IMG/VR virus record: IMGVR_UViG_3300014031_000001
Location: 32,001 to 96,000 of that record
Direction: 5' to 3' (one strand)
Source of the DNA: a virus
Taxonomy: Duplodnaviria > Caudoviricetes
DNA: 64,000 bases
Below are positions 27,040-36,419 of the stretch, piece after piece. A program made the position numbers and the translations under genes. Position 1 is the first letter of the stretch, and each line of letters begins with the position of its first letter. Under the pieces are notes generated by a model, which saw nothing but the letters and a program-made list of their open reading frames with translations, ran no database searches and was not told the origin of the DNA.

Positions 27040-30000
27040 TTAGGCCTGCGGCACACGCGGTGCCGACGGACCTTTGTTTCTTTCGACCAGCTTCTGACCT
27101 GCTGCGAGGACAGCCTGATCAAACAAACCACCGACAATCTTGCCGGGGAGTGCCGACGATCCGCGCGCGAAGGCCAGCGGCCACACGAGCGCCTGCGTCA
27201 ACACGTCCTCGACCGCTGCCACCTTGGTCAGGGAGGAGGAGCTTGCCCACCGCTTGGCAAGGTCGACGCCTTTGCTGCCCATCGTGCGCAGCGCGGGGCC
27301 GACCTTCTGCAGGTGCGGGTGTGTTCCCTTCCCTCTCAAGTGCAGCATTGCATCGGCAATCAGAGCACCGCTAACGACGTCGGGGTTCAAACGGAAAAAC
27401 CGCTTGAGTTGGCCCTCTTCTTCGTTGGGGTTGAGCTCTCGATGCTTCTGCAACATCCCTGAACCTACATAAGCCCCGACAGGGCCTATAATCAGCCGAT
27501 TCATCAAAGGTGAGCTTGGAAACGCCACCTTATACATCGGCTTTTGCTTATGCTCTTCGATCCGGTCGTAGACGTCTTTGTTGGTGTCGGGGCTCTCGAC
27601 GCCGGGCTGCGCGTACTGCCCTTTCGCCTTGTCGCCCACGATTTTATTGAAAATAGCCGCAAGGCCGATGCCAAGCGCGGCCGCAAGCGGCGCGTGCTCT
27701 CCAACGACTTTATCGATACCGGACAGCGCCTCGCGCGGACCGCTCTTTGCTGCTGCGGCGTAAAGGCCAGCAGCAAGCATCATCATTGGCAATAGACCTA
27801 TGGGTTTTCTTTCCCGTTCATTATTGTCCGCGGCGAGCTTTTCCTCAAGCGCCTTGGCGTTCGTGGCGTTGATGAATGTCGGCAGAGGCTGGCGCGCGCC
27901 GCCCTCTTTGATCAGAATAAAAAGCCGCTTGCCAAGCGGCGGGGCGAGGTAGCTGCGATCGGCCAGAAACGGCTGCAGCAGCGAGAAGATCGATGGGTCA
28001 AAGCGCCGGTAGTCCATACCGACAGCTTGCGTCTGTGCCAGCGTCGGCTCGTCGACCAGCCCGGGGTCAAAGCAGCAGCCCATCTGGTCGAGCTGATCGG
28101 CCAGGCCGGGGCGCCCCATCTTGCGCAGGACGATCCTCTGAAACTCTTGGGGTTTCAAAAGCATGCCGCTCAGGGCGGTCGTGGACAGCAGCTCCGGCAG
28201 AGGCGCGCGCGCCAGCTGGTCCAAGGTCTGGCGCGGCAGGGAGGGCTCGTAGGACTTCACCTCGCGGATGCCGTCGGCCAGATCCTTCAGCGCCTCCTGG
28301 CTGAAAGGCGGCTCGTCGGCCGGGATCTCTTTTTCGATCGTCGCGGCCTTGTCGGCCACCGCCATCTTCTCGGCCAAAAGCGCGGAACTCGGCACGATGA
28401 CGCCCCCGGGGGTCGAGGTGTGCGCCACCTTCATCAAAGTCTTGGCGATGCGGTCGGCGCCGATGAAGACGATGCTGATATCGTGAAAGCGCGGGAACGT
28501 GTTGAGGACGTAGACGACCTTGTTGTACTTCGGGTGCCAGCGGCCAAGGTAGTAGCGGGCGCACTCGCAGTACTGCTTTCTCGTCGGCGCTTTGTTGCCG
28601 CAGCAGTTACAGACGTCGTAGGGGACGCGGCAGTTGTGCAGCGCGACGCCGTTGACCACGTACGAGTCGCTGTCGTAGGTTTCCGACCTAATGGCGACGT
28701 TGTAGACCGGCTCGTCGCAGACCTCGGTGCTGATCGCCACGATGGGGGACCAAAGATGTCCGTCGTAGATAAAGCGGTGGTTTTTCACCATTTTATTGGG
28801 GCCAGCGAGCTTGCGCGTTTTAAACGAGTAGCCCTTGAGCGCCGGCGCGGTGTCGCGCCCGACCCAAATCTGGTACTCGACCGTGTCCTTAAAGACCGCG
28901 GTCGAGGGCTTGTGCAAGTTGACGTTCATGGACGAGATGCAGCCTAGGCGCAGCAGCACCATCTGCACCTGGCCAGCCAAGTGGCGGTTGCACGTCGAGA
29001 AGTAGACGGCGTCCTTGTAAACGCCCCCGTCGCCGTCACAGTAGGCGCCAAGCAGAATCTTCTGGGACTCAACGTCCCAGCGCATAGCGGTCGCCGACAG
29101 CCGTTTCGTGCCGGCACCCCGCCCGGCGTGAGTGTCCACGTAGCGCGCGAGCGCTTTGTCGTAGATGTTGATCCTGGCGGCGTTGGTACTGTTGGTGCGG
29201 GGCGTCCACTTGATGCTCACGTCGGGAAAGTACGACGCCAGCTTATCGAGCAGCTGGCCCTCCGCCGCATTGACGTTAAGCTCGATATAGCCATCGGCGG
29301 TGATGTGCCCTTCAGCCAGGTAAAGGCCGAGAAGGTACGCCATCCTAGGCTCGGGTACTTCGCTGATCCCTTGAATCACCGGGGTGGCCACGTAGTCGCC
29401 CAGCTCAAGCTCGGCCGCGGGCTTCCACACCTTGGCGTACTGCCGCGCTTCTTCTGGGCAGGCGACGCAGCCCTTTTTTTGGCCCCTGTTTGGCAGGCAC
29501 AGGTTGATACGCCGGCTTTTGTTGTTCGGATTACCCGAGCACTCCGTCTCCTTGGCGGGGATGACAAGCCACGGGTGCTCTTCCGTCGTGGGCTCGAGCT
29601 CGGCACTGTGCATGCCTAACACGGTGACGTGGTACCACGTGCCCTTGTGGTGGTGGCTGTGGGGGTAGTCGACCTCAGAAATCCCACCGAGGCCGTTAAC
29701 CACGCGGTCGCCAGGTTGCAGCTCGGACACAGCCCTCGACGTGAAGTCTTCCAGAAGCACCGGAGCGTCGGCGCGTAAGCAGCCCATCGACCAATCTGGA
29801 TACTCGCCGTGCTCGATCTTTTTCACGACGTCGAGCGAGCCGGCGTTGTCCAAAAGGACGATCAGCTCGACCCGGTGATAGGTCGGGTTGTAGACGGCGA
29901 GCGCGACGGTGCCGAAGCTCGCGGTCGGGTCCTTGTTGACGTGGTGCTTGTAGATTTTGGCGTTGGTCTCGAACGTGCGAAAGCCGTACTGGGGGCCGTC

Positions 30001-30243
30001 AAAGGCCAGGCCCGCCTCGGTGAAGTAGTCGCCATTGACGTTGTGGCCCCACCACTCTCCGGCGCCAAGTGCGGTGATCAGTAGCTGCGTCTTGCCCTTG
30101 ATGGGCTTGGCGGCGTGGATGTAGGCGGCGATCGTCGGGTGATACTCGGCAGCCGTCTTCTCCAGAAAACGATGCTCGGCGTCGATCACGTAGGTGAAGA
30201 CGCCGCGGTCGGTCTTGCCGGGGAAAAGAAGGAGCTTATCCAT
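27040..30243 (-). CDS. Prohead maturation protease, intein-containing
   Basis: NVNGDYF, KHHVNKD and WSMG|C (His/Ser of herpes/HK97-like head proteases); Cys cluster after the intein; heads the capsid operon. Confidence 0.7.
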   Translation of the reverse strand: MDKLLLFPGKTDRGVFTYVIDAEHRFLEKTAAEYHPTIAAYIHAAKPIKGKTQLLITALGAGEWWGHNVNGDYFTEAGLAFDGPQYGFRTFETNAKIYKHHVNKDPTASFGTVALAVYNPTYHRVELIVLLDNAGSLDVVKKIEHGEYPDWSMGCLRADAPVLLEDFTSRAVSELQPGDRVVNGLGGISEVDYPHSHHHKGTWYHVTVLGMHSAELEPTTEEHPWLVIPAKETECSGNPNNKSRRINLCLPNRGQKKGCVACPEEARQYAKVWKPAAELELGDYVATPVIQGISEVPEPRMAYLLGLYLAEGHITADGYIELNVNAAEGQLLDKLASYFPDVSIKWTPRTNSTNAARINIYDKALARYVDTHAGRGAGTKRLSATAMRWDVESQKILLGAYCDGDGGVYKDAVYFSTCNRHLAGQVQMVLLRLGCISSMNVNLHKPSTAVFKDTVEYQIWVGRDTAPALKGYSFKTRKLAGPNKMVKNHRFIYDGHLWSPIVAISTEVCDEPVYNVAIRSETYDSDSYVVNGVALHNCRVPYDVCNCCGNKAPTRKQYCECARYYLGRWHPKYNKVVYVLNTFPRFHDISIVFIGADRIAKTLMKVAHTSTPGGVIVPSSALLAEKMAVADKAATIEKEIPADEPPFSQEALKDLADGIREVKSYEPSLPRQTLDQLARAPLPELLSTTALSGMLLKPQEFQRIVLRKMGRPGLADQLDQMGCCFDPGLVDEPTLAQTQAVGMDYRRFDPSIFSLLQPFLADRSYLAPPLGKRLFILIKEGGARQPLPTFINATNAKALEEKLAADNNERERKPIGLLPMMMLAAGLYAAAAKSGPREALSGIDKVVGEHAPLAAALGIGLAAIFNKIVGDKAKGQYAQPGVESPDTNKDVYDRIEEHKQKPMYKVAFPSSPLMNRLIIGPVGAYVGSGMLQKHRELNPNEEEGQLKRFFRLNPDVVSGALIADAMLHLRGKGTHPHLQKVGPALRTMGSKGVDLAKRWASSSSLTKVAAVEDVLTQALVWPLAFARGSSALPGKIVGGLFDQAVLAAGQKLVERNKGPSAPRVPQA
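28633..29781 (-). mobile_element. Intein with LAGLIDADG endonuclease in the protease (383 aa)
   Basis: Starts CLRADAPV; TEEHP block B; LLGLYLAEG and LLGAYCDGDG; ends VALHN|C. Confidence 0.92.
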
Positions 30244-30256
30244 GCGTCTGTGCTCG

Positions 30257-31369
30257 TTACGGCCTAGGGTGGAGGCTCGGCATAATTTCGCGGTTGAACT
30301 GCTTCACGTTTTCCACGAGGTGGCCGCCAAGCCCCATGGAGGCGGCGCCCGACGTGAAGCCTGCCATGAACGGCGACGGTCCGCCGGCCTGGCCGATGTT
30401 GCGCTCGATGTCGGTGAGGTCGCGCACGTCGGCCGTCTGGATGCCCATGTCGTAGGAGACGATCTTCTCCATGAAGGCGCGCGCCGCGTTGGGCTCGGTC
30501 GCCACGTGGGGGGCGAAGTGCACGAGGCTTTGGAAGGCCTGGAGTGCCTTGGCACGGTCGTTGTGCAGCGGCGACGTGTCGGGGTTGGCCATCTTCATGG
30601 CGGCCTCGAAGGTCTCCCGGTGGCGCTTCGCCATCGCCTCGGCGTTGCGGCCAGACATGGCGACGTTGAAGGCGCCGGCGCCGGCGGCGACCATCAGCGG
30701 GATGGCCGCGACGGTAAGGTGGGCGCCGAGCATGCGCTTGGTGGCGGCACCCACCTGGGCGACGCTGGCGGCTTCCTTCACCATGGTGAGCGCGTCGGCG
30801 TACATCTCGCCTAGGCGGCAGGCGGCGGTGACGTTGACCACGGCCGACGCCATCTTCTCACGGCCGAGGGCGGCCTTGAGCTTGGGGTCGGCGTAGCTCG
30901 CCTGCATCATCGCCAGCGACATGACGTCTTGGTCGGTAAAGCCGCCGTGCAGCTTCGCCTTCACCAGGCGCATCGAGAGGGCGCGATTGGCGGCGACCAG
31001 CGGGGCGAGCTCGGCCAGCTCGACAAAACGCGCCTGGGCCTTGTCCTTGTCCATGGCGAAATCCGCGTGGCCAAGGATGTGATCGCGGTTTTCGGTGATG
31101 GCCTTCATGGTGCCGGTGACCAGCATCCGCTGCTTCACCTTGTCTTCGGCATGCTCGAAGAGAGCGCCGGCGCCGAGGCCGGCAAAGCTACCCGCCAAGG
31201 AGCCGGCGGCGTTGCCGAAGAACTGCTCGCCCTTTGCCAGGAAGGCGTCGACCTTTGCGGGGTCCATCGCCGTCTTCAAGATCTCGCCGCAGTCGGCGTA
31301 GATCTTGATCATGGCGCGCTCGCTGATGATGCCGTCAGCCGCCAACTTCTCGACCCAGGAAATCTGCAT
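30257..31369 (-). CDS. Putative internal virion protein with two related hydrophobic modules
   Basis: Start MQISWVEKLA; LKTA, EKMA, VKEA; AQARFVELAELAPLVA resembles ALQAFQSLVHFAPHVA. Confidence 0.65.
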   Translation of the reverse strand: MQISWVEKLAADGIISERAMIKIYADCGEILKTAMDPAKVDAFLAKGEQFFGNAAGSLAGSFAGLGAGALFEHAEDKVKQRMLVTGTMKAITENRDHILGHADFAMDKDKAQARFVELAELAPLVAANRALSMRLVKAKLHGGFTDQDVMSLAMMQASYADPKLKAALGREKMASAVVNVTAACRLGEMYADALTMVKEAASVAQVGAATKRMLGAHLTVAAIPLMVAAGAGAFNVAMSGRNAEAMAKRHRETFEAAMKMANPDTSPLHNDRAKALQAFQSLVHFAPHVATEPNAARAFMEKIVSYDMGIQTADVRDLTDIERNIGQAGGPSPFMAGFTSGAASMGLGGHLVENVKQFNREIMPSLHPRP

Positions 31370-31379
31370 CAGCCTCTCC

Positions 31380-31589
31380 TCAGAACGTCTGCATTGGCCG
31401 CGCGGCGCGGGCCATGTTGTAGTAGAGGCCCTTGTTTTCGGTACCAGCTTTGGCGCCCTTGGCGGCGGCGCCGAGCATGTCGGCGCCCGTGCCGATCGCA
31501 CCGAGAGAGCCCACGACCTTGCCGAGGACGGTGCCGGCCGTGCCGAGCACGCCCGCCCTCTTTGAGAACCCCGCCCAAAATGGCGTCAT
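31380..31589 (-). CDS. Small FWxGF-tag protein
   Basis: MTPFWAGFSKRAG then a Gly-rich amphipathic helix; TGATG coupling. Confidence 0.7.
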   Translation of the reverse strand: MTPFWAGFSKRAGVLGTAGTVLGKVVGSLGAIGTGADMLGAAAKGAKAGTENKGLYYNMARAARPMQTF

Positions 31590-32506
31590 CAGAGGGCCCG
31601 AATTTTCTGACCCATGATGTGCAGGCGGTCGTCGATCGTTTGGTAGCGCTCACGGTGGAGATTCAAGGCGGCGCTGTAGCCGTGGTAGGTCTTGAGCGTG
31701 ATGTAGAGCGGGTGCTCGCCGTTCACGACTTCGGCGGGCAGGAAGCCGCTGATGAGCTCCTGGGGGGCCTTCTGGTCGGCGGTCTTCGTCAAGAAGAACT
31801 CGACCACCTGGTTGCCAAGCCGTGGCTCGACGAGGCCTTCCCCCTTGAGCACGTGCGCTAGCTTGCCAAGCGCCGGGCGCGCCAGGTCGGCCATGCCGGC
31901 CGCCTTCGTCATGTGATAGACCGTGCCGAGAAGCGACGTGCGCTCGGGGCCGCTGCCGCCGGAGAGGACCACCTGGCGGGCCTCCTTGATGAAGGCGCGC
32001 TCGGCGGCCAGACAGGCCACCTCGGCCTTGTAGACGGCGTCGCCGGCGCGCTGCTTGTCGAAGGCGACCTTCTCGGAGCGCTGGCGCAGCTCGCGCTTGA
32101 CGCCGGCCGTCTTGTCCATGAGTTCGGGCTCGACGCCGAACATCTCAAAGGGCGACGGGTTTTTGTCGCTGAAGACCGGGTCAGGCATCGCCATCGCGAT
32201 CTTCTGCGAGCCGCCGTCGACCTGAAGGCCAGCGATCACCGCCGTGGCGTCAGCCAGTGGGAAGTGCGCGGCGTGGTACTTCGACTCGTCGTTGGCGTAC
32301 TTGTGCTGGTGGATCAGCTTATTCGCTTCACCGGCCAACAGCTGCACTTGCTCGGGCGTCAGGTCTTCCGACTGCGCGATCTTGGTGAGGCTCGTCGTCG
32401 GCTCGGTCCCCTGCGTGAGGTAAGCGCTGGCGATCGATCCCGCCCACTCGCGGAAATGCTCCATAGAGAGCTTTTGCTCTGTGAAAGAGCTAGCGTCGAA
32501 AAACAT
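31589..32506 (-). CDS. Virion head-associated protein, first gene of the head operon
   Basis: TKIA, QKIA, DKTA, EKVA, IKEA, TKAA; LTPEQVQLLAGEAN. Confidence 0.65.
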   Translation of the reverse strand: MFFDASSFTEQKLSMEHFREWAGSIASAYLTQGTEPTTSLTKIAQSEDLTPEQVQLLAGEANKLIHQHKYANDESKYHAAHFPLADATAVIAGLQVDGGSQKIAMAMPDPVFSDKNPSPFEMFGVEPELMDKTAGVKRELRQRSEKVAFDKQRAGDAVYKAEVACLAAERAFIKEARQVVLSGGSGPERTSLLGTVYHMTKAAGMADLARPALGKLAHVLKGEGLVEPRLGNQVVEFFLTKTADQKAPQELISGFLPAEVVNGEHPLYITLKTYHGYSAALNLHRERYQTIDDRLHIMGQKIRAL

Positions 32507-32546
32507 GCTGACGTTCCTCGAATGTCGGGTGATGTAGATTTGTCAA

Positions 32547-32576
32547 AGTATAGCCCCCCTTCATATAAGAGTCCAA
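32547..32576 (-). promoter_or_regulatory. Sigma70-like promoter for the head operon
   Basis: TTGGAC-N18-TATACT on the - strand about 40 nt upstream of the 32506 start. Confidence 0.4.
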
Positions 32577-32632
32577 GGATTTCAACCAACTTACGCCTCC
32601 CGCCGCTTGACTTTTCCGACTTCGCCAAACGC

Positions 32633-32660
32633 AAAAAGGCCGGCGAGGTGCCGGCCTTTC
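32633..32660. terminator. Bidirectional hairpin terminator
   Basis: AAAAAGGCCGGC-GAGGT-GCCGGCCTTT. Confidence 0.6.
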
Positions 32661-33153
32661 GGGTGTTTGGTTTGACCCGTGATTAAATAGAAGGGCGCCG
32701 CCTACCCGGCGAGCGCCTTGGCGAAAGCCTGGCCGCCCCGGTGGGCCCACTTGGCGAGCACCCCGCGCAAAGAGGCCACGATGTGGGCGCAGAGCACCTG
32801 CTCGACTGTCGTTACGGCCGCCGCCGGGTCGGACGCGCCGTCGCGCAGCGCCCCCTCGAGCTTGCGCCGGGTCGTCGTCGAAAAGAGCGGTCCGTCGCGC
32901 TGTCCATCCATCTGCCGCACGTCACCCATGGCCAACCTCCTGGCTGTGTAATCCGACGTCACCATAGGAGCCGCGGCCCGCACGTGTCAACCGATCACCC
33001 CGGGGGCTGACATGTTCCAGTGCGAGATCTGCGAGGACCAGGTGTCAAAAGCAGGCACCCAGTGCACCTGTGGACATCTGACAATCGACCCGCAAAAACG
33101 AGTGACTGGGCTTTGTTTTCGACGAATCGCCGAAGCCGGACGGGCCGCAGGGT

Positions 33154-33161
33154 GGTATAAG
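33154..33161 (+). promoter_or_regulatory. GGTATAAG putative phage promoter (one of six exact copies seen)
   Basis: Same octamer at 36085, 36375, 39427, 53745 and 57170, all on the + strand, mostly 30-55 nt before a start codon. Confidence 0.6.
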
Positions 33162-33192
33162 TCTTCCGCAATAAACACTGCGGAGGATCCTG

Positions 33193-34206
33193 ATGGGTTT
33201 GAAGGCGTTAGTCGCGGGGTCGACCGTGGAGGACCCCCTCGAAGTGCTCGTCCTAGGCGTGACCGAAGGCATCACAAAAAAGGGCGACCCCTACCTAAAA
33301 CTGAACCTGCGGGACCTCACGGGGGAGCTTGAAGCTCGCCTGTGGAAGTACGACAAAGTGTTGATGGGCTTCATCAAAGTAGGGGTCGTCCTGGCCATCA
33401 CCGGGCGCGCCGACTCCTATATGGACCAGGTGCAGATGCACCTCGACTCGGTGACCCTGGTGGACAAAGACCCGATGGTGTTCGCCAAAATGACCCGATT
33501 TGACATCGACGTGATGTGGGGCTACGTCGGGGGCGTCATCACCGGCATGACCGAGCCGCTTACTAAGGCAGTGGCGCGCCAGATCATGACGGGTCACCAG
33601 AGCTTCATCGCCGCCTACAAGAAAGCCCCGGCCGCCAAGGCGGTCCACAACGCCTGGTATGGCGGTCTTTTAGAGCACGTCTACTCGCTGTGCCTTCTGG
33701 CGCGGCCGGTCATCGGCCACTACCAGCGCCACTACTGCGACCGCTTCAGCGCCGACAAGGTCTACTTCGGCCTGCTCCTCCACGACGCCGGCAAGATCAT
33801 CGAGTACGACGCCAGCAACCCCGCCTTTCCCCTTACGGGCGAAGGCATTTTCGCCAACCACATGGTGCTCGGGCCGGCCTGGGCCTACGAGAAGGCCAAC
33901 CTCTGGTGGGCCGAAAACAAGGACGTGATGCCGGTCGCCAAGTTTCGCCTCGAGCGCGCGCACCTCATGCACGTGCTCGCCGCCCACCACGGCCGCGTCG
34001 ACTGGGGCAGCCCCGTCGTGCCGGCCTCTCTTGAGGCAATCCTAGTGCACCACCTAGACAATTTGGACGCCAAGATGCTGCACGCCATGGACTATGTCGA
34101 CGGGGCTGAAGGGCCGACGGCGGGCTTTAGCGAGAAGAGCTGGATCGAGCGTGCTTGCTACTATCAGTACCCAGACTGTAAAGTCGATAGTGGCAAAGAC
34201 GGGTAG
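33193..34206 (+). CDS. YhaM/Cbf1-like OB-fold + HD-domain 3'-5' exonuclease
   Basis: TKKGDPYLKLNLRDLTGELEARLW; PAAKAVHNAWYGGLLEH; LLHDAGK; AHHG; LDNLDAK. Confidence 0.9.
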   Translation: MGLKALVAGSTVEDPLEVLVLGVTEGITKKGDPYLKLNLRDLTGELEARLWKYDKVLMGFIKVGVVLAITGRADSYMDQVQMHLDSVTLVDKDPMVFAKMTRFDIDVMWGYVGGVITGMTEPLTKAVARQIMTGHQSFIAAYKKAPAAKAVHNAWYGGLLEHVYSLCLLARPVIGHYQRHYCDRFSADKVYFGLLLHDAGKIIEYDASNPAFPLTGEGIFANHMVLGPAWAYEKANLWWAENKDVMPVAKFRLERAHLMHVLAAHHGRVDWGSPVVPASLEAILVHHLDNLDAKMLHAMDYVDGAEGPTAGFSEKSWIERACYYQYPDCKVDSGKDG

Positions 34207-34239
34207 ATCAACCTGGCACTGCCGGAAAAAGACGTGGAG

Positions 34240-34273
34240 GGCGCGGCCTAGGTCGCGCCTTTCGTTTTTTTTT
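34240..34273 (+). terminator. Intrinsic terminator
   Basis: GGCGCGGCC-TA-GGTCGCGCC hairpin plus T-run. Confidence 0.65.
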
Positions 34274-34309
34274 CTTGCGCGCTATAGTCTCTTTCCCCGG
34301 AGGAACACA

Positions 34310-34735
34310 ATGACGCGCCTGAACTTGCCGAAGATGAAAGTCCGCCGCCGCGGCTCGACCGTCTACTCGGAGGCTGTCGTCGACACGACGCCCCAGCTTC
34401 TCACCGACAAGATGCGCAGCTTCGAGGGGGCCTGCCTGCAGATACCGGCGACGGTCCCGGCCCACGCCGCCCTCACCCTGCGCGCTCTGTTCGACTGCTT
34501 TACGAAGGCGGGCACCGTCCGCGAGGGCCTACTCGGTGACATCGTCTACGGCTTTGCCGCCGCCGGGCACACGCCGCTTGCGACCATGCAAGGTCTCTTT
34601 GCGCTCGAGACGGCCGGCTACCTGCGCTTTCAAGCCGCCGACGGCGCCTTCGTCCACCCCGAAAGCGACCAGATCGGCCGCGCCTGGGTGCGCTACCAGC
34701 CGAAACTCCACGCCCTGCTTTACGTAAAGGCCTGA
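34310..34735 (+). CDS. Hypothetical protein
   Basis: GGAGG RBS plus ATG. Confidence 0.65.
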   Translation: MTRLNLPKMKVRRRGSTVYSEAVVDTTPQLLTDKMRSFEGACLQIPATVPAHAALTLRALFDCFTKAGTVREGLLGDIVYGFAAAGHTPLATMQGLFALETAGYLRFQAADGAFVHPESDQIGRAWVRYQPKLHALLYVKA

Positions 34736-34738
34736 CCC

Positions 34739-35134
34739 ATGTCGACGCTCTACACCCCCGATGGCTTCAAGGTCCCGCCCAAACGCGCCGCGCCGGTCAA
34801 CAACATGGCCCAGGTTTTAGGTAAGCTCGAGCGCGTGATGGGCCTTCCCGTCGGCTCGCGTTTTCCTCAAAACGAAGTCGGCGCCGTGTCGCTTAAGCCC
34901 GAGGACTCGATGACGGTGGCGCTCACCTGCGCCCTGGCCCTCGAGAAGTCCGGGGTGCTTGACCGGGCCGTGGTGGCCGTCGAGCTCGAGGCGGCCCGTA
35001 ACGATCTTGCGTCCGCTACCTCTGAGCTTCGGACGATGTCTGCCGAGCTCGCCATCGCCAAAGCCGAGGGCGCCTCGCTGCGCGAGAAGCTGGCCGAGGC
35101 CGCCCGCCAGGCGCGCGAGGCGGCGGCGCATTGA
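34739..35134 (+). CDS. Coiled-coil hypothetical protein
   Basis: C-terminal heptad pattern. Confidence 0.6.
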   Translation: MSTLYTPDGFKVPPKRAAPVNNMAQVLGKLERVMGLPVGSRFPQNEVGAVSLKPEDSMTVALTCALALEKSGVLDRAVVAVELEAARNDLASATSELRTMSAELAIAKAEGASLREKLAEAARQAREAAAH

Positions 35135-36075
35135 TCCGTGTCCTCCACCTTTCTGACACCCAGCTCTCCGGCAGCCCGGTTCGCATCGTCGACATGCTCA
35201 ACCGCCACGCCGAGGGCGTCGAGGCCCGCCACATGGTCTGGCACCCGACGATGGGCTACCGCTCGTTCAAGACCGACCTCGTGTCCAGCACCATGGCGGC
35301 CGACGAGGCCCAGTCGTGGCTCGCCTGGGCCGACATCATTCACTTCCACAACCGCTGGCGTCGCCAAGAGATTTTCCAAAAGCACGGCCTCGAGGTCCCC
35401 AAGCGGCCGGCCGTCATCCAGGTGCACAGCCCCCGCCAGTCGGAGGACTTTCGCGACGAGGTCGCCTCGAAGCTGCCGCTCGCCATCATCGCCCAGTACC
35501 ATGTGCGCCAGTGGCCGGAGCTTAGCTACATCGTACCGAACGTCGTCGACATCTCCGACGAGCCATACGTCAGCCGCGTGCGGGTGCCTGGCAACTCACT
35601 GCCGACCGTCTCCTACGCGCCGAGCAACACCAACGCCATGGGCTGGGACAACAAGGGCTACGGCGTCGTCGCACCGTTTCTAAAGCGCCTGCGCTTCAGC
35701 GGCGCCATCAACTTCCAGCTGCTCGTTGGTAAGCCCCACGACGAGGTCCTGGCGGCCAAGGCCGACGCCGACATCGGCATCGACGAAGTCGTCACCGGCA
35801 GCTACCACCTGAGCTCGCTCGAGTACCTGGCGTTTGGCATCCCGTGCATCGCCCACCTGGACGCGCTCACTGAAAAGGTCGTGAAGGTCCTGACCGGTGC
35901 GGCGACCTTGCCGTGGACGCCGGCCACGCGGGCGACCTTCACCGGCGTCGTCAGCGCCATCCTGCAGCAGCGCGACTGGGCTGCGCGCGGCCTCGAGGCC
36001 GCCTCGTGGATGGCCCGCTACTGGAGCCCCGAGACGCTTGCCCGCCACTACTGCGAGCTCTACGCGAAGCTCTAA
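35131..36075 (+). CDS. GT-B fold glycosyltransferase
   Basis: ADIIHFHN, IVPNVVD, NKGY, ADIGID, SSLEYLAFGIPCI. Confidence 0.78.
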   Translation: MIRVLHLSDTQLSGSPVRIVDMLNRHAEGVEARHMVWHPTMGYRSFKTDLVSSTMAADEAQSWLAWADIIHFHNRWRRQEIFQKHGLEVPKRPAVIQVHSPRQSEDFRDEVASKLPLAIIAQYHVRQWPELSYIVPNVVDISDEPYVSRVRVPGNSLPTVSYAPSNTNAMGWDNKGYGVVAPFLKRLRFSGAINFQLLVGKPHDEVLAAKADADIGIDEVVTGSYHLSSLEYLAFGIPCIAHLDALTEKVVKVLTGAATLPWTPATRATFTGVVSAILQQRDWAARGLEAASWMARYWSPETLARHYCELYAKL

Positions 36076-36131
36076 GCCCTTCTGGGTATAAGACTGTTGG
36101 ATAAAGTTGACAACCTATAGGGAGGTCCGAC

Positions 36132-36329
36132 GTGGAGCAGCCTGCCAGCATACGCAAAGCTTTTCGTCTTGTGGAAAACTTCGACTACCGCGCGGACCTC
36201 GCCAAGAGGGAGGGCCTCGCGGCGGCCGTCACCTGTCTTGGCCTTCTCGTGGCGCTCGTCGGGGTGGCGAAGATCGTCAAGGCCCGACAGAAACCTAAAC
36301 CGCGCGCCAAGCTGCGCGTCGTGGCTTAA
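36132..36329 (+). CDS. Small membrane protein
   Basis: GGAGG RBS; single TM helix plus basic tail; flanked by its own promoter motif and terminator. Confidence 0.55.
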   Translation: MEQPASIRKAFRLVENFDYRADLAKREGLAAAVTCLGLLVALVGVAKIVKARQKPKPRAKLRVVA

Positions 36330-36336
36330 CCAGGTA

Positions 36337-36364
36337 GCCCGGCCACAGGGCCGGGTTTCTTTTT
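36337..36364 (+). terminator. Intrinsic terminator
   Basis: GCCCGGCC-ACAG-GGCCGGGT plus T-run. Confidence 0.7.
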
Positions 36365-36419
36365 ACCAGTGCCTGGTATAAGTAATTCGGTATGCACTAC
36401 ACACCGGAGGACGCAGCCC

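Noticed and set aside
31370-31501. Upstream extension of the 30257..31501 ORF
   Set aside because: It overlaps the tagged 31380..31589 gene; the GAGGAG RBS supports the ATG at 31369.
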